Source: Idiomarina loihiensis L2TR | GTDB lineage: Bacteria > Pseudomonadota > Gammaproteobacteria > Enterobacterales > Alteromonadaceae | DNA length: 32,000 nucleotides | NCBI RefSeq assembly: GCF_000008465.1 | Contig: NC_006512.1 | Coordinates: forward strand, 1,290,001-1,322,000 | Direction: 5' to 3' | Shown: positions 25,787 to 32,000 of the stretch, one piece after another | How positions within the stretch are numbered: the stretch's first letter is position 1 | Layout: every line of letters starts with the position of its first letter | The notes under the pieces: model-generated | What the model was told of the DNA's origin: nothing | Database searches by the model: none | Seen by the model: only the letters and a program-made list of their open reading frames with translations | Translations under genes and position numbers: made by a program

Positions 25787-27308
25787 GGTTATGCTCCTGC
25801 TCTGTCACTTGTTTTTGCTCAGGAATATGAATCGATGTGAGCTGGTACTGTTGCTTCCCGACTTGCGTTATTTCCGCATGCAAGGATAACCCCGTGCTAA
25901 GCTGAGAAAGTTCAACATCCGAAGCAACATCGAAGTCCATCGTCATTGCAGGCCAGTCCCATTCAGGAATCTCACCGTGATTCAGCGTAACCATCGAATG
26001 TTGAGGCATAACACTTTTAACTGTTGCTTCGACCCAGACAGCTTCGACTGATACAGCTTCATTTAACATAGTGTCGTGGCTCTCGCTATCAGTGTTAGAG
26101 TCGTGGTTCATACGTTTAAAGTCGGAAGACTTACTGGACTCAGAGTCAATTAAGAACTGAGCCGATGTAACAATTTCATCACCTGCCATAAGACCCGATA
26201 AAATCTCAACTCGCGAGCTACCTAACCGCCCAACGTCAACATTAACTGATTTAAATTTCCCATCACCCAGTGCCAGTACAACTCGGTTCGAACCACCCAT
26301 TCGAATCAGCGCTTCTTTGGGGATGATTAAGCTTTCGTCGCCTAAACCAGCATTAATATTAAGATTCGCAAACATGCCCGGCTTCAAAAAAGCGTCAGGG
26401 TTATTGAAGTGAATTCGAACTTGTCCCGTCCGAGTTTTAGGGTTAAGTGACGGATAGACATAATCAACCTTTCCTTCCCAGTCTTTACCCGGAGCATACT
26501 CAAGATCCATTTGAACTTTATTACCTACCTCAACTTGGTTCAGTTGCCGCTCAAAGACTTCTGCAATAACCCATATTTTATCCAGTTGGGCGATCGTCAT
26601 TAAATTCATACTCGGCTTTACAAACGCACCTTCACGCACAGTCAGTTTATCCAATACCCCTGACTGCTTTGCTTTTACCGTAATTGTTTTCTGAATTTTA
26701 TGAGTCTCTTTTAACTTCTTAATCTCAGATTCAGAGACTTGCAGGGCTCTTAAGCGTTCTTCAGCAGCGTCTATTAGAACCTGATTACCTCGCTGCGAGG
26801 CCAGTACAAGCTCCTCTTGAGCATTAACCATTTCCGGGGAGTAAATACTGTATAAAGGTTGGCCTGCTTTAACCGAGTTACCGACCGCTTTTACAAAAAG
26901 GTTTTCAATCCAGCCTTCAACACGAGGGCTTACTGTTAATACTCGGTTCTCATCAAACTGAACATAGCCAACTGTTTCGATATCCAGGTTGAGTCTCGAG
27001 GACGTGACGGTTGCAGTTGTAACCCCAAGGTTGTTAATAACATCGGGATCGATTCTCACAGTACCTGGTGAACTCTCTCCCCCATCATCGCCATAGAACG
27101 GAATAAGGTCCATCCCCATTGGAGACTTTCCAGGCTTGTCTCTGCGATAATTGGGATCCATCGGAGCCACCCAATATAACGGCTCTTTTTTGGCATTATC
27201 CGATGAACCAGCGGAGCCCGCAGTTGACTGCATTAAGTAGCCAATAGCGCCAGCGCCAACCGCAAATCCTACAGCTAAACTTATAAGAGATTTAGTGACT
27301 GTTTTCAT
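25779..27308 (-). CDS. cusB: RND periplasmic adaptor CusB with a fused C-terminal CusF-like metallochaperone domain
   Basis: 509 aa from the ATG at 27308 (AGGAG RBS, 1 nt after the cusC stop). N-terminal Met-rich segment WVAPMDPNYRRDKPGKSPMGMDLIPF, then barrel-sandwich/lipoyl adaptor regions. The C-terminal roughly 80 aa carry the CusF signature LNHGEIPEWDWPAMTMDF. Confidence 0.88.
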   Translation of the reverse strand: MKTVTKSLISLAVGFAVGAGAIGYLMQSTAGSAGSSDNAKKEPLYWVAPMDPNYRRDKPGKSPMGMDLIPFYGDDGGESSPGTVRIDPDVINNLGVTTATVTSSRLNLDIETVGYVQFDENRVLTVSPRVEGWIENLFVKAVGNSVKAGQPLYSIYSPEMVNAQEELVLASQRGNQVLIDAAEERLRALQVSESEIKKLKETHKIQKTITVKAKQSGVLDKLTVREGAFVKPSMNLMTIAQLDKIWVIAEVFERQLNQVEVGNKVQMDLEYAPGKDWEGKVDYVYPSLNPKTRTGQVRIHFNNPDAFLKPGMFANLNINAGLGDESLIIPKEALIRMGGSNRVVLALGDGKFKSVNVDVGRLGSSRVEILSGLMAGDEIVTSAQFLIDSESSKSSDFKRMNHDSNTDSESHDTMLNEAVSVEAVWVEATVKSVMPQHSMVTLNHGEIPEWDWPAMTMDFDVASDVELSQLSTGLSLHAEITQVGKQQYQLTSIHIPEQKQVTEQEHNHD

Positions 27309-27309
27309 T

Positions 27310-28599
27310 TTAAACTCCTGAAAATAATAAGTAGTTTGCTTCGGCAATCAGCTTTTGGCGGTTGATGGCGATCGCTAATGCATCAATTTTTGCGTTGACT
27401 TCCGCAATCTGTGACCGTACCGCCTCGGCAAAGTCGCCATCATCATTGTTGTAGGCAGTCAATGCGGCTTCAGACTGGGCGGACATTTGTGGAAGTAGCT
27501 CTTCGTGATATAGGGCAGCACGTTCATTCAAACGGTTCAGTTGTAAAAACGTACTGCGTAAATTGGCTATTAACTGCCTGGCAACCAATAACTTCTCAGT
27601 TTTTTTCGCTTCCGTTCTAAACTTTGCTGAGCGTACCTGCTTATCCTGTTTGTTATCAGTAAATAAAGGGACATCGAACGTAACCCCGGCTGACAGCAAG
27701 TTGGCACGGTCATTGCCGCTTGGATCGTCGTTTCTATGGCCATATTTCAGATTGGCTGACCATTGCGGTTTATAACCTTGCTGAGCGAGCTCGACAGACG
27801 TCTCCGACGCCAAAATGTCTTGATCGGTCGCTTGCAAAACCGGGTGTTCTTTTATCAATTCGTACAAGGCTTGTTTAGGCATTGTTGAAGGCGAACTCAA
27901 TGCCTCCTGTAGCGTAAGGTTAGGAACGTCATCCGGTAACTTTGATTTCGCTATAACACCTATCCATTCCGACAATTCGCTTTGAAGTCGCTCCTCTTTT
28001 TGTCGCAGTGACGTCAACCTATCATCCAGGCGTGTAAGCTCAAGTTGGGCTCTAATAACATCTTGCTGCCGTGCTTTTCCCTCGGTACTGGTATAACTCG
28101 CCTTAGCGGTTGACACTAACTGTTCAAAAAGCGCTCTATCCGATTCAATCAAGCGAATACTTTGCTGAGAGAAAAAAACATCTAACCACAACTTCGTGAC
28201 CGTTGTTTTGACCTTTGCAATACGATCCGCTCTCAAAAACGGTTGTTTTTGAGCTAATTGGTTTTTCTGCTTACGAGACAACGATAAAGTGTCTCCTCTG
28301 GGAAATGCTTGTGAAACACCGACGACTAACTGGGTCATCCCTTCCTGTCTTGAACTAAAACTGTCAACAGGGAAACTGGCAGCCGTGAATGATATTTTAG
28401 GGTCAGGCAAACTGGAAGAGGCTATCGCTTCACTCGCGAATGCCTCTTGGGTTTGCTTACTTGCCGTTAACCAAGGATCTTCTTGTACAGCGATACTCAC
28501 TGCTTCTTGCAAATTCAAAAGTGGCTCTTGTGCACTAACAACATTTGGCACTACTGCAGTCAGAACACCTAAATAAGCCATTCTTCTTAAAAGTTTCAT
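27310..28599 (-). CDS. cusC: Outer-membrane efflux factor (TolC/CusC family)
   Basis: 429 aa. The signal peptide MKLLRRMAYLGVLTAVVPNVVSA has no lipobox Cys. The two-repeat coiled-coil/beta-barrel OEP pattern is present. It is first in the cusCBA order. Confidence 0.82.
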   Translation of the reverse strand: MKLLRRMAYLGVLTAVVPNVVSAQEPLLNLQEAVSIAVQEDPWLTASKQTQEAFASEAIASSSLPDPKISFTAASFPVDSFSSRQEGMTQLVVGVSQAFPRGDTLSLSRKQKNQLAQKQPFLRADRIAKVKTTVTKLWLDVFFSQQSIRLIESDRALFEQLVSTAKASYTSTEGKARQQDVIRAQLELTRLDDRLTSLRQKEERLQSELSEWIGVIAKSKLPDDVPNLTLQEALSSPSTMPKQALYELIKEHPVLQATDQDILASETSVELAQQGYKPQWSANLKYGHRNDDPSGNDRANLLSAGVTFDVPLFTDNKQDKQVRSAKFRTEAKKTEKLLVARQLIANLRSTFLQLNRLNERAALYHEELLPQMSAQSEAALTAYNNDDGDFAEAVRSQIAEVNAKIDALAIAINRQKLIAEANYLLFSGV

Positions 28600-28768
28600 A
28601 TTGTTACTCTCAAAAACTGTGAATTTTTAGATTCAACACAGACCAAGCTATGAATCAGAGCGTAACGAGGACGACGATCGGCGTCGTAACAACAATGAGC
28701 GAACCAAAGCTTATAGCTGTGCTTTTACCTGGACGATAAACGCGCCAGGATCGAGAAATCCCGTATTT

Positions 28769-29098
28769 TTAAGAGTGGATTGGGGGGCGGAAAAGCGAGA
28801 GTGAGTGTTTTTCTTTAATATTCGTATCTAAGAATGAGGTTGCGTTAAAAAGCAGCTTATCAACAGGCGGAACCGTCGATTGCTCAGAATAAACGACAGT
28901 AATTGACGGACTGTAACAATGTCGCATCATTGAATCAGAGCAACAATTATCGGTAAGAGAGTGCGACACTTCGCAATCAGCAAGATCACAAACCTGCTCA
29001 GTAGAATCGTGCATACAGGCCTCTTCCGTACTGATAGTTTGTGAAAATGACATTGTTGTTACTGCAAATAGCAATAGAGCAATGATTAAACGATACAT
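28769..29098 (-). CDS. Small secreted Cys-rich protein with a C-terminal FRPPI motif, immediately upstream of cusC
   Basis: 109 aa. Signal peptide MYRLIIALLLFAVTTMSFS, eight Cys in the mature N-half (C..C..C..CC..C), ending in LSLFRPPIHS. A paralogue-like counterpart of the ORF at 16651-17004. Confidence 0.55.
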   Translation of the reverse strand: MYRLIIALLLFAVTTMSFSQTISTEEACMHDSTEQVCDLADCEVSHSLTDNCCSDSMMRHCYSPSITVVYSEQSTVPPVDKLLFNATSFLDTNIKEKHSLSLFRPPIHS

Positions 29099-29257
29099 GC
29101 GAAGTTCTGCTGTAAAAACATGCTTGAAGTGTATATCTTTTGCTGATAAGGATCAATCAATTAAAAGAGGTACTCATAGCGAGGTAGTCAATCCAGGTGG
29201 CGATACGACTACTATATCACCACCCAGATTTACGACTAACTTAGGCGATTTTAAAGT

Positions 29258-30904
29258 CTAAATACCAAAGTCATCGAACTTTATGCGTTCTCGCGGAATA
29301 CCAAAGTCAGCAAGAGACTTTAACGTTGCTTCTAGCATCGGCGGAGGACCACACACGTAAATATCTAATGTTTCTTTGTTTTTGCCGGCCAACCATTTCA
29401 TTGCGGTTTCGTGCACAAAGCCAGTGTGCCCGGCCCACTCATCTGATTTAGCAACCTCTGAAAGTACCGGTATATAATTTAACCGCTCATCTCTTTCGAA
29501 CTCATCCCTATAACAGAGCTCTTTTTCATATCGTGCGCCGTAAAAGAATATGCAACGACGAGGAGAATCTGCTGCTAACTCACTTTGTATTAACGCTCTC
29601 AACGGTGCAATACCCGCGCCGCCTCCGATAAAGACTTGCGTGTGATTATTTTGTTTCGTCAGCTGAAAGTCACCAAATGGTCCAATAGCATCGACATGAG
29701 CGCCAGGCTCTAAATTACACAAGTAGTTTGAACCGATGCCTGGGGGCACCCCTTCACTTGGCGAGGGCAGTTGTCGTACGTTAAACACAAATCGAGTCGG
29801 GTGAGGCCGCGTAGCAACAGAGTAATGTCGTGACAATATTTCGTTTAAGTGTGGAATACGAAACTGCATAAACTGCCCGGCTTCATAATTAACGGGCTCT
29901 GAACTCACAAAGGTAAGCTCCATAATGGATGGAGTCAGTTGACGCTTTGAATCGAGTGTTAAAGCTATATCACTAACCCCCTCATTATGTAACTTTACTT
30001 CATAATTTGTTGAGGTTCTGTGTTGGCAAGATAACCGCATCCCCGCGTCTAATTCATTGGCGCTCAATAACGCTTTTTCAGCGGCTTTAGGACTAGGTAT
30101 ATCGCTGCCTTGTAGTGTTACTTTACATAATCCACAAGTTCCACCTCCACCACAGCTGCTGGCAATTGGTTTCCCTTTCTGTTGAAAGTATTCTAGCCAT
30201 GTTTTTTTCCGATTTGGATTAAAGTCACCGTTAGTAATATTTCGGCCTAAAAGAATTAGCCCGGATAACGAAAACCAAAGAGCGAATAACCCGGCACTCC
30301 AAATCAATAAATGATTAAAGCTTCGGCCACCAGTGTAATCCATAAAATGCAGACGAAATGCCCAGTCAGCTATTGTCCATGGTGTATTGCGATGCTCCAC
30401 TACCTGAGATGAGGCTTCATCGATGTATATCCGAGTATTAAGATCATCTTTAATATCAATGCGAAACCCCGAAGCTTCCCAGCCATTCACTTCATCGCTT
30501 CCCATGACTCTTTCAACCGCTTCGACGTGACCCGGACCATTATAGCTACTGAGCGCTAATTGGGTTGCCAAAGCCTCACCGGTAGACCAGTTTTCGTTTG
30601 TGTTAGCGTTGAAATACAGGACATTTCCATCTGCCAATGTCACTTGATACTGACCAACCCCAGCAACACTTACCAGTTCAATTAAATGTGCTGATGGAAA
30701 CCTTTGGTACATTTCAGTAAAGTCGACCTGAGTTGCTAATTTTTTAAGCGGCGGCTTAGAGTTTTCGGAGACCATGTATTGATGACCCGACATTCCATGA
30801 TGGCCAGTTATACTGAAAAAGAAACCACTCACTAGCCACAAAGCGACCTGAATAACTAAAATTAAACTCACCCAACGATGAAGCCATTGTATAAACCTTA
30901 TCAT
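29258..30904 (-). CDS. Fusion protein: PepSY-associated TM module + 2Fe-2S ferredoxin + FAD/NAD(P)H (FNR/NqrF-like) reductase
   Basis: 548 aa. The N-terminal roughly 225 aa have two TM helices (WLHRWVSLILVIQVALWLVSG; LIWSAGLFALWFSLSGLILL) around a PepSY-like region. Next come the Cys ligands CGGGGTCGLCKV ... LSCQ, then RHYSVAT (an RxYS FAD motif) and GGGAGIAPL (an NAD(P)H motif). Confidence 0.8.
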   Translation of the reverse strand: MIRFIQWLHRWVSLILVIQVALWLVSGFFFSITGHHGMSGHQYMVSENSKPPLKKLATQVDFTEMYQRFPSAHLIELVSVAGVGQYQVTLADGNVLYFNANTNENWSTGEALATQLALSSYNGPGHVEAVERVMGSDEVNGWEASGFRIDIKDDLNTRIYIDEASSQVVEHRNTPWTIADWAFRLHFMDYTGGRSFNHLLIWSAGLFALWFSLSGLILLGRNITNGDFNPNRKKTWLEYFQQKGKPIASSCGGGGTCGLCKVTLQGSDIPSPKAAEKALLSANELDAGMRLSCQHRTSTNYEVKLHNEGVSDIALTLDSKRQLTPSIMELTFVSSEPVNYEAGQFMQFRIPHLNEILSRHYSVATRPHPTRFVFNVRQLPSPSEGVPPGIGSNYLCNLEPGAHVDAIGPFGDFQLTKQNNHTQVFIGGGAGIAPLRALIQSELAADSPRRCIFFYGARYEKELCYRDEFERDERLNYIPVLSEVAKSDEWAGHTGFVHETAMKWLAGKNKETLDIYVCGPPPMLEATLKSLADFGIPRERIKFDDFGI

Positions 30905-31632
30905 TGGGCACCTCCGATCGGTCTTCTTTTAAACGTTATGGTATAAAGGAGCAAAACAATGCCCGTTATCATTAAAATAAATGTACCGATAATAAAGGCT
31001 TTTAACCACCACGTTTCTATATCCACACGTTCATCGTAGTCCATTATGTGTAGCATCCAGACAATGTCGAAACCACGCCAGAAAGTGTGTCGTTTTACGA
31101 GCAAATCACCCGTTGTTTCAGACAAGTAAAGGCTGGTATTACCAAAGTCATCGTAGTTCACTTGCCATACTGGCAACAAAGTTTCACTAATTTCAGTTGG
31201 TGGGTTATCCGTCATATAAACAACGGATTCAATGTCTGCACTCTCTTGTGCGTAGTATCGGTTGGCCAAGTCTTCAATATGATGCTGAGTTATTTCAATG
31301 CGCTCTAACGATTTTGCATTAACCAAAAACTCACCTTTATCACTTTTTAACTTGTATACTGGCTGTAGCTTACCATCTAGTCTGCGAGCCTCTAGTGAGG
31401 CTTTTTCAGTTTCAGGATAACGCGTTAATAACTTATCTAAATCTGATACCTCAGTACCTTCAGGTAAAGGCTGACTAACATCCTGAACTAAGTGATCTCC
31501 GTGAATATAATCCAAGTCGAAGAACACCATGTAAGCACCACTTATTGTCCAAATGACCATTTGCAAGCCAAAAACCAAAGATAACCAGCGGTGCCAGACT
31601 CTCCATTGACTCGAACGTTTTTTTTCCGACAT
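30901..31632 (-). CDS. PepSY-associated TM protein
   Basis: 243 aa with the same layout as the N-terminal module of the downstream fusion. Shared motifs: WHRWLSLVFGLQMVIWTISG versus WLHRWVSLILVIQVALWLVSG, and MLHIMDY versus RLHFMDY. Its stop overlaps the next ATG (ATGA). Confidence 0.75.
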   Translation of the reverse strand: MSEKKRSSQWRVWHRWLSLVFGLQMVIWTISGAYMVFFDLDYIHGDHLVQDVSQPLPEGTEVSDLDKLLTRYPETEKASLEARRLDGKLQPVYKLKSDKGEFLVNAKSLERIEITQHHIEDLANRYYAQESADIESVVYMTDNPPTEISETLLPVWQVNYDDFGNTSLYLSETTGDLLVKRHTFWRGFDIVWMLHIMDYDERVDIETWWLKAFIIGTFILMITGIVLLLYTITFKRRPIGGAQ

Positions 31633-31701
31633 GTCGTCCTACCTCAAATTTCATATAAAAAGGCTGCCGCTCCCAGGGAAAAGCGACAGCCAGTTCACTA
31701 A

Positions 31702-32000
31702 TCAAAAGCTGTAACGTACCTTCAAGTACAACTGACGACCTAATAAGTCGTAAGTCATAGTGTCAGTATTTGCGTCCGTCCAGCTTTGAATATAAGGCGG
31801 CTCTTTGTCGAAAAGATTATTAACGCCACCCGTCACACTCAAATCGGAATTTATGAAATAAGTGCCTTGAACATTATGGTAAAAGACGCTCGGTGCGCGG
31901 GCTCCAATATCTTCTGGAGCGGCATTAATGTCGTCAGCAGCCCCTATATATTGCACTGAATAATGTATGCGCCAATCCTGCTTCATAAAGGTTCCCGAAG
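31702..32000 (-). CDS. TonB-dependent outer-membrane receptor, C-terminal fragment (continues beyond the window)
   Basis: The C-terminal beta-barrel strands end in the typical aromatic terminus ...GRQLYLKVRYSF. The reading frame stays open to the window edge, so the ATG at 31986 in the track is internal. Confidence 0.75.
   Translation of the reverse strand, partial: SGTFMKQDWRIHYSVQYIGAADDINAAPEDIGARAPSVFYHNVQGTYFINSDLSVTGGVNNLFDKEPPYIQSWTDANTDTMTYDLLGRQLYLKVRYSF

Noticed and set aside
29185-29215. Inverted repeat GGTGGCGATA-N9-TATCACCACC after the reductase gene, considered as a terminator
   Set aside because: The stem has a mismatch or G-U pair and no U-tract follows on the minus strand. 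I cannot tell whether it is a weak terminator, an operator or chance.
29741-29756. Short match (GGGCACC plus loose flanks) to the tRNA-Phe 3' end, considered as a possible attR
   Set aside because: Only 7 contiguous identical bases match, and the site is inside the reductase coding sequence. This is far below what an island direct repeat would show.
1-32000. CRISPR arrays, rRNA genes, prophage or defence-system hallmarks (large ATPases, nucleases, reverse transcriptases)
   Set aside because: I saw no regularly spaced direct repeats and no rRNA-like sequence. Every large ORF is accounted for by regulators, metabolic enzymes or metal transporters.

Overview
Gammaproteobacterial chromosomal window, Alteromonadales/Vibrio-like by gene content (a guess from protein motifs only). 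It has two parts.

(1) 1-14.4 kb looks like core genome:
- The polar-flagellum regulatory cascade flrA-flrB-flrC on the minus strand, with a canonical sigma-54 promoter in front of flrB.
- A NarL-type response regulator and a DUF1285 gene packed directly upstream of flrA.
- A secreted amidohydrolase, a receiver/HD-GYP-like protein with degenerate catalytic motifs, pdxH and an Ldh_2-family oxidoreductase.
- pfkA, speB-speA (agmatinase, arginine decarboxylase) and tRNA-Phe(GAA).

(2) From the tRNA-Phe 3' end to the window edge the sequence looks more AT-rich by eye and is accessory:
- An IS3-family element whose transposase reads as one uninterrupted ORF, apparently cutting off the 5' end of a small membrane-protein gene.
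- A patch of orphan small genes, including two overlapping proline-rich micro-ORFs, a Cys-rich secreted protein and a lipoprotein.
- A roughly 14-kb gene train entirely on the minus strand: TonB-dependent receptor (partial) > PepSY-TM protein > PepSY-TM::2Fe-2S::FNR-like reductase fusion > Cys-rich secreted protein > cusC-cusB(CusF-fused)-cusA > signal-peptide micro-ORF > P-II-like protein > HMA-like protein lacking CxxC > His/Cys helical protein > copA > cupredoxin > Met/His-rich periplasmic protein > terminator.

No integrase, attR repeat or recognisable metal-responsive regulator is visible in the window. The best candidates for undescribed biology are:
- the P-II-like / degenerate-HMA / HHE-like trio between cusA and copA;
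- the PepSY-reductase pair joining a TonB receptor to the cus operon;
- the two paralogous (Y/F)RPPI-tailed Cys-rich secreted proteins;
- the polyproline micro-ORFs.

All functional calls come from reading motifs by eye. No database search was run.
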